A stretch of DNA of 64,000 bases from Laetmonice hystrix. Lineage: Eukaryota. The notes under the pieces were generated by a model that saw only the letters and a list, made by a program, of their open reading frames with translations, made no database searches and was not told the origin of the DNA. The position numbers were made by a program, and so were the translations under genes. The DNA is taken from assembly GCA_965235115.1 (NCBI GenBank), contig OZ249436.1, positions 39,558,001-39,622,000 of the forward strand, given 5' to 3'. This document shows, piece by piece, positions 52,301-64,000 of the stretch. How positions within the stretch are numbered: position 1 is the first letter of the stretch; each line of letters begins with the position of its first letter.

Positions 52301-54445
52301 AACCCCGTAGAAAAGTGCCAATGTTAGGTTCATGTAAGCTGTTAGTCTGAGTTGACCTTTTATAATACGATTGATCACGCACCGGATGACATTCGAGCAT
52401 GTAGGGAAATGCCACCGAGGACCCTGTTTGCAAATCAATTTATATCAGATTAAAAAAATTAACTTTTTAATCAAGCTACAGCTGCCTGTTTTATAGGGAA
52501 GATCATCCTGAAATTGCATTTATAAATAACGGGGTTAATTAAATCTGGATGCTGGAAAGGCATGAAAAAAAATGAGACGGCATTGGAAGGAGGGGCTTAA
52601 TGGTGCATGGTTTATATATAATATCTGCATGTCTATAGCGGTAAGTCTTAATGTGATTTAGTGGAGCTGGACTCGTATCCGATCATCTGTGTTGAGCTGA
52701 GCGTATTTGGTATGACGATGGAGCCGCCACAGAGATGCCAGATGGGATCCGAGCAGTGAAAGAAGGGGCAGGTGCACAACGTCACCATCAGACTCTCAGT
52801 GCAAGGAATAATTCAGTGACGATTCCCGGCCGCACGGCTCGGCCTCTTCCAGGAACATTTCTGACAACAAGTATAGTTAGCAGGACAATCTGGCCCTATC
52901 TGCAGGGTTTGCTCGCAATCACATCATTCACACTAATAGAAAAGTAGAAATTCGAAAGAATTGTTGACATTATTCATAATAAGTGGTAACTAAAAGCATG
53001 GTCTGAAATTTGGAACCAAATGCAACATAACATAATATTTAACGAGAATTTGATTTCTGTATCGCTAACCTAATACCCATTAGGCTCTTTATAATATATT
53101 GGAGATGTAATGTCTAGTCCGACCATCATTGTAAATGACACTAAATGAAATTTCCCAGCAAATAGTCGTTCGGCGTGGCATTATGGTGAAGGGCTGTCAC
53201 ATTAGGTTGACGTGGAGACGAGGTAGCTATGGGTTCCAGTGACAACTGTAGAGTGTAGTGTGGTTGTCGATGGCAGAGCAAGCTGTGCAACAGTAGAATG
53301 CAATGAGATGTCAGCTTTGCCGGCTGAGTGTTTTTCATCAGTATGCAAGCTGTGCGCTACAGCAATGGACGCTGCAGAAATGAGCATTATGGAAAAGTGG
53401 GGGGCAAGGGGGTGACAAGAAGGGGTCACACCAGGACGATCGTCATGGTACGAAGTGACGCTTACCTCAGAAGGCATACATATGTCAAGAAGGCACTAGG
53501 CCACTAATCAGATGTACTAACCTGACTCCGATGGCGCTCATCTGACTCGGATCCCAGCTGTTCTGTTTAGTTTAATATTTGATAGAAAATAAGTGATAAT
53601 TGGCGAAATGGGATCACGGAAACTGAATTAAAGAAGGACGGTGGCTTGCAGTGGTTCGGTATTCTATTAGGGCCATTTAGTAGTCTAGTGGGTGGAGGTG
53701 TCACAGGGCATCAGATTATGGCTTATCAGCGGCGGTGAAAAGTACATGTTGTTCCCTTCGAGAAGAAGGGTTGAAGAGGCAGCGGCATACTCGAGAAAAT
53801 TGATGTTCAGTTGGCGTAACAACGCGCAGTCGGCGATAACCGCAGCTCCCGCCCACGCCCCGGCCCTCCGCCTGGGCGGACGCACGGACCGACGGACAGT
53901 CTTAAAGGCCTGGGGCATTGGCCCAGCATTCAAATCTAAGAACCGCCTCTCTGGCGCCAAACGGCCCGGAAAAAACTGGACATCAGAGGAAACTTTGTGA
54001 TTTTTCAACCTGTGACTTGTTTGCGTCCTTTATTTTCTGTCGACGGGAAAAGGAAATGGTTTAATACGATGTGGATAATAAGGGAGGGTAAACCAATAAT
54101 GTTGTCATCCTCTCGGGTACAGGTAAGGAAGGGGGTTTGTTAGGGGGAAAATAACCAGTCAATTGGGAAGGTCTTTTAGAAATGTTTTGCTTCTGCTGCA
54201 GTGTAGTCAGAATTGGCATTAATGCAAGTATTGGACAATTCACGTTAGGGGCTTGGGACAACATCCGGTAGGAACCATTGCGTCATGAGTTTTAATCTAA
54301 ATCATTATATAAAAAAGAAAGGTCCTAATTTAACTTTAAATTTCAGCTTGCAGGGAAGTTTTTCTACTAGGGTTACAGTTTCGTTACAGATTAATTCGTA
54401 TGAAGCAAGAGTTGCCCAAAGCGGGTGTCGTTTTGACATTTCAGC

Positions 54446-55252
54446 GGACTTTTTGACTCAAAATTTCACTCAAAACAAGACCTTTTTGACTCAAAGTTCG
54501 ACCCAAAACATGACTTTCCTGACTAAAGTTCGAACCAAAGCTAACCTTTCTGACTCAAGTTCGACCCAAAACATGACCTTTGTGACTCAAAGTTCGACCC
54601 AAAACAATACCTTTCTGACTCAAATTTCGACCTAAAACATGACTTTCCTGACTAAAGTTCGAACCAAAACTAACCTTTCTGACTCAAGTTCGACCCAAAA
54701 CATGACCTTTGTGACTCAAAGTTCGACCCAAAACAATACCTTTCTGACTCAAATTTCGACCTAAAACATGACTTTCCTGACTAAAGTTCGAACCAAAACT
54801 AACCTTTCTGACTCAAGTTCGACCCAAAACATGACCTTTGTGACTCAAAGTTCGACCCAAAACATGACCTTTCTGACTCAAATTTCGACCTAAAACATGA
54901 CTTTCCTGACTAAAGTTCGAACCAAAACTAACCTTTCTGACTCAAGTTCGACCCAAAACATGACCTTTGTGACTCAAAGTTCGACCCAAAACAATACCTT
55001 TCTGACTCAAATTTCGACCTAAAACATGACTTTCCTGACTAAAGTTCGAACCAAAACTAACTCGAACCAAAACTAACCTTTCTGACTCAAGTTCGACCCA
55101 AAACATGACCTTTCTGACTCAAATTTCGACCTAAAACATGACTTTCCTGACTAAAGTTCGAACCAAAACTAACCTTTCTGACTCAAAGTTTGACCCAAAA
55201 CATGCCCTGTTTGATTCATAGTTCGACCCAAAACATGACCTTTCTGACTAAA
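54446..55252. repeat. 31-33-bp minisatellite with a 129-bp higher-order repeat
   Basis: Monomer GACTCAAAGTTCGACCCAAAACATGACCTTTCT; the variant GACTAAAGTTCGAACC recurs at 54521, 54650, 54779, 54908 and 55037. Confidence 0.95.
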
Positions 55253-58200
55253 CCAAAAGAACCTGCTCGGGATATTTCTTGATAGTTGACGAGTGTCTGA
55301 TAACATATGCTGTGAGAGTAATATAGTATGGTAAAATACAATATAAATTGTGTGACGTTATATAGAAGATAAAGATTTAAATATATGACATTATCTTTGC
55401 TGGAAAGTGATAGAAAAGCGTCGCATTTTGAAATTGATGTAATCCGTACGTTACAGAGGTCGTTGAGTCTCGAGCATGTATTGTTTTCGTACAGAAGGCG
55501 GAATAACATGAATAACTTTGTATTTGGTGTAAAGAGCTTAATGTAAGTATAATTGAAAGCTGTTTAATGAGTGGCGACAGCGAAGATAGGCGGGGATCTC
55601 CCCTCGTAGTTGGGAGTGAGAGTAGATTATTTAATTTACCTTAGGATGTCTGTCTTGTAAACAGGGGCTTTTCAATTATTGTCTGTAAGGTCGCTTCCAG
55701 CTGCTAGAGTGACAAACAAGCAGTTTACTGTTTTAGTGAGTTTCCACCAGATTAATCGGTGCATTTAACATAAGAAACTGTTTTCACAACGAGTTTGATG
55801 AACTTTTGGCATCTATATTCAACCTAATATCTTCAGTCTGTCTTCAATCTAAATTGGTAGGGGAACTCTAAGGGTGCAGAGTTTAGCTAAGGGCTTTTTT
55901 GCGTGAGAAGAGGATAAAATTGGAAAACCTGGAAGTAGTAAAAAGAAATTATGTAAAAATATTGCTTTTAAGATTAATAGGTAAAAAAATAGAGAAACAC
56001 AACTTTTCAACGCAATACTGGAGACTAATGTAAATTGTTAAAATCGTGATTTCTTTCGAGCCCCGGATGAAACCTTTTAGGGCACCCCTTCAGCTGTAGG
56101 ATGTGTGTAACGCGAAGAGCAGCGGACAGTAATCCTTCTGGCCTTATGATATGTATTCCCTATCCTGGTTATAGTTATCTGGGGTTTTTTTTTCGACAAT
56201 GTCTCATTAAATAGAAAATGGCTTGCAGAGGAGCAGTAGTGATATGAGCCTTTGAGATAGTAAGTCTCGATTTCTGCCTCGGGCGAAGAACAATCTGATG
56301 AAATGCCATGGGTAAAAAGGGATGGGTTTGGGGGTCCGATCCATTATAGGGCCAGAAATTAAGTTCACTCTTACTTGTCATTCAATTTTTTTTAGAAATA
56401 TAAATAGCGTCATTGATGTTCCAATAGTTCTCCAGTAAACGGCGCCATTTTGCCAAGTTTGTTCATAGTTACTTGACGTGACCATTATGAGAGTCCTAGA
56501 TACTGCCGATCGCTACATTGGTGGCCGTAACTCCTGGAGAGTGGCTTGGGAAGAGATCACAATGCCAGAGGTAACTGTAATAGCTGGGCGGCCAGAACGC
56601 CTATCAGGGAACGAGAGGGAATGCCTTGTCCTTGAACTGATTGCTTTCTGATCCGATCAGCGGTCAGTCATTTATCAGGATAGTCTTGATCGCATGCTAG
56701 AGGGAGCATAATTCAGGATCTTTCTCGTCTGATCCCTACGTTTGGGATATGGCGGTTGTGCAAAGCCAAAGATGAGGCGTGGATTTCCAGCGCTCGTTCC
56801 CTAGGCCTCTCGCCCTCTCGCCTTTTCGGACCCTTGCGGCTGTACCGTTGTACCGGTTCGTTAAGGTGAGTTTTTCGCTGTGTCATGTTTATTTTTTAAG
56901 TCGCACGACAGGTTTTATAATGAACTGACGTTTTCGCGAGGGAGTCTCATTTTCTAAGCCTCCCGGTAATTTTGTCTGTGTGTTTGGCCAACATTTTCTT
57001 TCCCACTCAAGATTTAAATATTTGTTATTGCTCTTGGGAGAAATGTTTTCTAACCTGTTCAGGGGATCAAACTGAAAGATTAATATTTATATTGCCTTCA
57101 CATGAAAGCCCAGCAACATGCTGCTTTCAGTCTTGTAAGAAACTTGTCCTACAGCTATCAGAAGTTCTTGACATGCGTAAATTGTTACACCTTGTGTACT
57201 CGCTCTTCCCAAACCTTACGCTATGGTGGCACCTGTGTAATGATGCAGGAAATCCGGAAATTTTGTAAAGGACAAATTCATTTTATTAGAGGTGTCTGGG
57301 TTTCCAGAATGAGCCAATCTGCCAACAATATAGACTTTCGACAACAGTCAGACGACTAAACTTCAGAAGACCTTGAAAGCGAGCGAATTCCATCCTGTAA
57401 ACGGTTTCAGCAGGAGATTTCCGTTTGGCGTGACATTTCGCCTTGCCACATGGAGTTCAGGTTAAGCTGACGTGAAAGTCCTAAGATCGAGAGCCAATCC
57501 CAGCTCGCTTTCTCCATTATGGAAACCATGTCGGGTACTTTAAGAGTTTTAATTACTGACACGTGCTACACTAATCCTATTAACTAAAATGTGATGAGGA
57601 GCTCACGGTTTCTTTAATACCGCTACCCTGTTCCACTTGCATTAATTTAACGGTACAATCAGCTTAGATTTGTTTCAATTGGGTCAAATAAACGCGGCCC
57701 AAAGATGGAGAAAACAGGCTACCTGGGTGGCTTATGACAGATGAAACTCCAGCTAAAATATTGTTCCTCGTGTAATATTTGGAGATTTTATGCATCATTG
57801 TAATGCTAATTATTTCACTTCACTGCGTAGGTGTTGCATAATCCCAGCTCCACCAATAAGTTTATAAGGTAATTCAGATAAGGAGAACTTTATTAGTCTG
57901 CGTCTTGTACCATCTGTTTCACCAAGATCCATAAGTAGTTTATGGAAATGGTCAGTTGGAGTAACCAATTATGCTATGGAGTTCGTGTATTAGGAATCTT
58001 GTCGCCCAGAAATCGACGTCCTCATCGTTCCGACTGTGAAGCGCTACATTTTTAACAAATTCTATGGGAAGTTTTTCGTGGGCAGAGGCATTGGTGGTTT
58101 CATGCCATATCAACAACTTAGCGCGTTTAAAACATAATGACTGTCTGAAAGAACATATATCTTCTGAAGTGACCAAAAATCAAGAATCAGGGATGAAAGC

Positions 58201-59520
58201 CCCCCTCTCCCACACTGGTCGTCAGGTAATATATATTGGGAATTCGTAAGAAAGAAATTAACAAAACACATGTAGTCTTTTGAATAGTGAAATTTTTCCT
58301 TTGCTGAAAGGAAATGACGAGGGAACTGCGATCATTTACATTATACTGATAATATATTATGCGTCAGGGGGAGGCATTAATTTTTATATCATAACACAAA
58401 AACCATTGTACCGGACCAGCTACATACAAAAGGTCAGTGCGCTTTGATTTCTAATGGAAAGGTAGCCTATAAATGTTTGTTTCAACCAGTAGTGTTGTAA
58501 AATGCCGCAAAAAAGATTTGATCATTCTTTATTGAAAAGAACATATTCAACAGCAAACCCCCTACCTTCCCGCCCCCGCTCCCGCCCTCGCAGTCCTGCA
58601 GCTATTTCATGACGATATTTAATCAGGACGTATTTTCAAGATCCAATTCCTTAGTAATCTAATGACCTTCCTACGCCGGAATGTCAGCGGGAGTTCTGAG
58701 AGCATGTAAACTTCATTATCCGACTTTGCCGTTTGAAGCGCATCAATGTGTGTATGAGAGTATTCATGCAGTATAGATTCTGTCAGAACCTTGAAGAGCG
58801 CACGTATCCAACAGGGATACTTGTATGTTGGCCGGCCTGACATGCCCGACTGGAAAGCAGCAGGTGCACCTACCGCCAATGCATTAAGCTCAAAAGCATA
58901 GCATTTCTAAAGGCCCTGATTGTCTGTGGCACATCCTAAAGTGTTAGTGGTGTTCAGAGAAGGACGCCTTGACCGGATGGAGAATGAACGGAATAGAAGC
59001 CGCTTTCCGTTTGTCAGCACGGCATTGACACCTCGCTTCACAGAGTACCACTTGGCTCGTTTAGAGAACGCCGTTTTAAAGATGCACGTAACTGTTTTCT
59101 GTTTATGTATGGATAGACTGTTTTCGTGGTACCGACAACACCCGCCCCCCTTCCGTCTTGCCCCTCCCCCCTCACGTCCTTTCCGAACCCCCTGGTCGGT
59201 CTCGAATTGACCAGTCACTTTCAGATGACACCGGGAAGTTTCAGGCTGCAGACGTTCATGTCAAATCTTTAGCTCCCCCTCCCTCGCCTCACTCCAATGT
59301 CTGTTCCAAACAGAGATTTGAGGGGGAGCAGATTTAAGCAAGCACTGATTGTGTAGCCACCTGAGAGTAGGCAGTGTAATTATGTGGGCCAGCAAGTCCA
59401 TAGTAGGAGGGCACTGTATGCAGAGAGTGCAGGTTCAGTCAAGGGTCACCGACTCACCGCTGTCCTGCTCGGGACCAGACCAGTCAGTGACGAGTGTCAC
59501 TCTGACCGGTTGTCCGACCA

Positions 59521-59575
59521 CGGTCCGTTCCCGGTCCGTTCCCGGTCCGTTCCCGGTCCGTTCCCGGTCCGTTCC
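59521..59575. repeat. 11-bp tandem repeat (CGGTCCGTTCC) x5
   Basis: Read directly from the sequence. Confidence 0.9.
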
Positions 59576-60276
59576 CAGAACCGGATTGACCAATCTTTCA
59601 CCATGACCCATGCACGCCAGGGGGCACTTGATGTGCATTTAATGACCTACACCAGAGACGAATCAAAGCCGCTGTATTATCATGACTGAACCCGGGAATA
59701 GCGCATTAGTGAATTACCGAGGACTGACGGACTAGCTTTTGTTTTCACCACAAAGGTCAAAGTCGAAATGTCATCTCTGGTGTCGCTGAAGGAAGCCAAT
59801 AGTACGTTATAGAATGTGTAGGAGTGATATCGATTATACTAATAATTTATCACGGTTAGTGGGTTGTTTTGCTCAGAATCGAACGACCGAACGCAACAAG
59901 TACATAGTAAAGATGCTGTAAAGGATAACGGGTAAATGGTGATATTCTTATTGTAATTCAGCCAGTAGGTCCTGAAGTTCTTTTAGTTTCTTAATATGCA
60001 CTTAAATGTTCAGTCTGTTCTCTCGACTTATTCGCTTTCCTTTTATGGTAATGGTATTAAAAGCCATTCTTTCCTTATAGGTTAACAATTATACCAAAGC
60101 TTGATGACATGTAATCAATGAAAATCATATATATCAGAAGACAAGAAGTGGGGAGTCAACTTTGTTGGCAGGGGGTAGTCCGGGGTGCGATTTTTTTCCC
60201 AAGCAGGTTTGCCATTTCGTCCAATCAAATTGCCTTGCCGAACTTTCCTGCAGGGCAATGTCAATGCTTTACCAAA

Positions 60277-60479
60277 GGCCGGCCGTGTCACGATACGTCT
60301 ATGTGGAGGGGCACGTTAAAGACCCCTTGGCATCTATCGAAAAGAGTAGGGGTTCTTCCTGTCATCTCATCATTATCACACAATGGGTTTCACCGACTAG
60401 TTGTCATGTTCTCGCCCTGAAATAGCTGAAATACTGTAGACTGGGCGTTAAACACCAACTACTCACTCACTCACTCACA
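60277..60479 (+). mobile_element. 5'-truncated SINE with a MetaSINE-like core and (ACTC)n tail
   Basis: GGCACGTTAAAGACCCCTTGG...CGAAAAGAGTAGGGG resembles the Meta core domain as I recall it; 3' end TGAAATACTGTAGACTGGGCGTTAAACACCAACT followed by (ACTC)n; no tRNA-like head seen. Confidence 0.6.
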
Positions 60480-61459
60480 TCACCCTGGAGCTAAGATGGC
60501 TGCCACTTGAGTTTAGAGTTGGGAGTTCTGGGCCATGACGTCCGTGTGGCGAGAATATACACCCATGTTCTCCCGGGGCCGCCAGCTGCCATCAAACCAA
60601 TCAAGACAATTCTTCCTTTCTTCTTCATTTTGTGAAGCTGCAGACAGGGGTGTCTGCAGTTTTACAATGCGTTGTACGTTTGTGCACGGCCGAAACATTA
60701 CAATGTTTTGGAACGGCCTGTGTTTGCATGAGACTCCCCAAGGTCCCCTGTATTCAGTAACTATGATGTCTCGTAGGAAGCGGTGAGATGAGGAGGAAGA
60801 GGTGATATTAACATGAAATAACCAGGAAAATTCATTTTTACTTATTTGTAATCGGTACTGTCGTACCATTAAGTGATAACTTTTCGTCCCAACCTTGCCA
60901 TTGTTGCATTACCTTAACATTCCCCTGGGGTCGCCTCAGCTTTTTAAAAAAATTATCTTCGTTTTCTATCTATCTCACACTTTATGCTATATACTTGGCT
61001 GTATGTTTATTCATAAACTTAACCTTTTCTTCCTGCCACATCTCCGCCATCTTTGTTCGCTGACTTATAGGGCTGCACCTCTAAGGTCCAACTGTACATA
61101 TTTCCCTTTTTGGCATAGCTTTTTGCAACATTGTAAAAAAGTATAATTTTTATTCAGGAAAGAAAAGTTACTCATGAGTGAAATGCCAGGACTCCCCATA
61201 ATGGCCTCTTTTAATCCTTTAATTGAAAGGCTTAAAACATGAAGGAAGGATTTAGAGCAGTTGTGTAAACGAAGATATTGAAGTGGTCCATATTCCAGTA
61301 ACCATTCCCGATATCACACAGGCAATAGGAGCGTTTTTAGGTGGCGAGTGTATTAGGTAGTGGAGATACTGCACAGTAACCGCTCTCCCCGATCGTTAAC
61401 GACCACGGATTATGCAGACCTGTACGTGTGATGTGTGGGAGATCAAGGATTTGGAAGTC

Positions 61460-63453
61460 GTGATGCTGGGACACTGGCCGATGGTGGGAGGTTGGGGTAT
61501 GAGGTGGCTGTGGTATGGTGTGACGCTGGGACACTGGCTGATGGTGGGAGGTTGGGGTATTCTGTGGCTGTGGTATGGTGTGACGCTAGGACACTGGCTG
61601 ATGGTGGGAGGTTGGGGTATTCTGTGGCTGTGGTATGGTGTGACGCTGGGACACTGGCCGATGGTGGGAGGTTGGGGTATTCTGTGGCTGTGGTATGGTG
61701 TGACGCTGGGACACTAGCTGATGGTGGGAGGTTGGGGTATTCTGTGGCTGTGGTATGGTGTGACGCTGGGACACTAGCTGATGGTGGGAGGTTGGGGTAT
61801 TCTGTGGCTGTGGTATGGTGTGACGCTGGGACACTGGCCGATGGTGGGAGGTTGGGGTATGAGGTGGCTGTGGTATGGTGTGACGCTGGGACACTGGCCG
61901 ATGGTGGGAGGTTGGGGTATTCTGTGGCTGTGGTATGGTGTGACGCTGGGACACTGGCCGATGGTGGGAGGTTGGGGTATTCTGTGGCTGTGGTATGGTG
62001 TGACGCTGGGACACTGGCCGATGGTGGGAGGTTGGGGTATTCTGTGGCTGTGGTATGGTGTGACGCTGGGACACTGGCCGATGGTGGGAGGTTGGGGTAT
62101 GAGGTGGCTGTGGTATGGTGTGACGCTGGGACACTGGCCGATGGTGGGAGGTTGGGGTATTCTGTGGCTGTGGTATGGTGTGATGCTGGGACACTGGCCG
62201 ATGGTGGGAGGTTGGGGTATTCTGTGGCTGTGGTATGGTGTGACGCTGGGACACTGGCCGATGGTGGGAGGTTGGGGTATTCTGTGGCTGTGGTATGGTG
62301 TGACGCTGGGACACTGGCCGATGGTGGGAGGTTGGGGTATTCTGTGGCTGTGGTATGGTGTGACGCTGGGACACTGGCCGATGGTGGGAGGTTGGGGTAT
62401 TCTGTGGCTGTGGTATGGTGTGACGCTGGGACACTAGCTGATGGTGGGAGGTTGGGGTATTCTGTGGCTGTGGTATTGTGTGACGCTGGGACACTGGCTG
62501 ATGGTGGGAGGTTGGGGTATTCTGTGGCTGTGGTATGGTGTGACGCTAGGACACTGGCTGATGGTGGGAGGTTGGGGTATTCTGTGGCTGTGGTATGGTG
62601 TGACGCTGGGACACTGGCCGATGGTGGGAGGTTGGGGTATTCTGTGGCTGTGGTATGGTGTGACGCTGGGACACTGGCCGATGGTGGGAGGTTGGGGTAT
62701 TCTGTGGCTGTGGTATGGTGTGACGCTGGGACACTGGCCGATGGTGGGAGGTTGGGGTATTCTGTGGCTGTGGTATGGTGTGACGCTGGGACACTGGCCG
62801 ATGGTGGGAGGTTGGGGTATTCTGTGGCTGTGGTATGGTGTGACGCTGGGACACTGGCCGATGGTGGGAGGTTGGGGTATTCTGTGGCTGTGGTATGGTG
62901 TGACGCTGGGACACTGGCCGATGGTGGGAGGTTAGGGTATTCTGTGGCTGTGGTATGGTGTGACGCTGGGACACTGGCCGATGGTGGGAGGTTGGGGTAT
63001 TCTGTGGCTGTGGTATGGTGTGACGCTGGGACACTAGCTGATGGTGGGAGGTTGGGGTATTCTGTGGCTGTGGTATGGTGTGACGCTGGGACACTGGCTG
63101 ATGGTGGGAGGTTGGGGTATTCTGTGGCTGTGGTATGGTGTGACGCTGGGACACTGGCCGATGGTGGGAGGTTAGGGTATTCTGTGGCTGTGGTATGGTG
63201 TGACGCTGGGACACTAGCTGATGGTGGGAGGTTGGGGTATTCTGTGGCTGTGGTATGGTGTGACGCTGGGACACTAGCTGATGGTGGGAGGTTGGGGTAT
63301 TCTGTGGCTGTGGTATGGTGTGACGCTGGGACACTGGCTGATGGTGGGAGGTTGGGGTATTCTGTGGCTGTGGTATGGTGTGACGCTGGGACACTGGCCG
63401 ATGCTGGGAGGCTGGGGTATTCTGTGGCTGTGGTTTGGTGTGACGCTGGGACA
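61460..63453. repeat. 60-bp homogeneous G/T-rich minisatellite, about 33 copies
   Basis: Unit GACGCTGGGACACTGGCCGATGGTGGGAGGTTGGGGTATTCTGTGGCTGTGGTATGGTGT; copies stack vertically in the 60-nt lines. Confidence 0.98.
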
Positions 63454-63871
63454 TTTGTTTTCAGTCGCAGGTTGCACTTCGAGTACATTTAAATTAATTG
63501 CATGTATCGGCGCCCTTTCTCTGCCTCAGAGTTTTTACATTTATTTAGGTATATCAGGTTTTTTTACATTCACATAACGATACTGATTATCAGCTAGAAT
63601 TGGACAGTGACTTAAAACCTTTGCACAGCGGGGTATGATTGGTATACTAAACAAAGAAGAAATTAAATGTCTCCTTGAGCATGTAGGTCATGTACCGTGT
63701 GCGTGTGCGGGGGTGGGGTTGCGGGTGTAGGGGTGTGGGTGTGCGCACTGACTGCTGTTAGTTGTTGAAGTATGTGCAAAACACTAATCTGGTAAATGTA
63801 TAGTGTATAAATAAAATGATATAATAATAATATGGCCACGGATAGAAAGGCCCTTCTACTACACAGAAACT

Positions 63872-64000
63872 CAGGGTTGGGTAAAAGGCAGCCTTAAACC
63901 TGTTTTAGGCACGGCACTTGCCATAAACTGCCATAAACTGCCTTAAAATGGTTAAAACCGCGCCCCAAACTGCCTTAAACTGCTTTCATCCTATCCAAAC
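63872..64000. mobile_element. Probable left end of a TIR element running off the window
   Basis: CAGGGTTGGGTAAAA start followed by repeated AAACTGCC(A/T)T subterminal motifs. Confidence 0.35.

Noticed and set aside
53685..54008. Overlapping ORFs of about 100 aa in a GC-rich patch
   Set aside because: No domain similarity; explained by local GC richness.
61435..63492. 685-aa and 681-aa ORFs
   Set aside because: Direct translation of a 60-bp tandem repeat, open on both strands, with no unique coding flanks.
1..64000. Conserved miRNA, tRNA or rRNA genes
   Set aside because: A visual check for well-known bilaterian miRNA mature sequences and tRNA boxes gave only partial seed-like matches; an Rfam/Infernal scan is needed to exclude them.

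Overview
Eukaryotic genomic DNA from an intron-rich, repeat-rich bilaterian, most likely a marine invertebrate; the taxon cannot be fixed from sequence alone. Two genes lie head-to-head about 9 kb apart. (1) On the minus strand, a CARD-encoding first coding exon (21893-22274) closely resembles the N-terminus of DLG5; no further DLG5 exon was recognised in the 22 kb to its left. (2) On the plus strand, POLD2 (DNA polymerase delta subunit 2) has nine GT-AG exons (31313-41764) that splice in frame to 1267 nt (422 codons + 1 nt); its expected terminal exon was not recognised in the remaining 22 kb. The rest is non-coding: many non-autonomous DNA transposons with visible TIRs and TSDs (Kolobok-, hAT-, Tc1/mariner-, Harbinger- and Zator-like, plus one with telomere-like internal repeats), a SINE remnant, five minisatellites and several microsatellites. 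The most structured object is a 4.4-kb nested long-TIR element between the two promoters, holding two inverted 528-bp MITEs and a 52-bp array. The long ORFs at 40-41 kb, 49 kb and 61-63 kb are repeat artefacts. I found no convincing novel protein-coding system; the findings are architectural and regulatory hypotheses.
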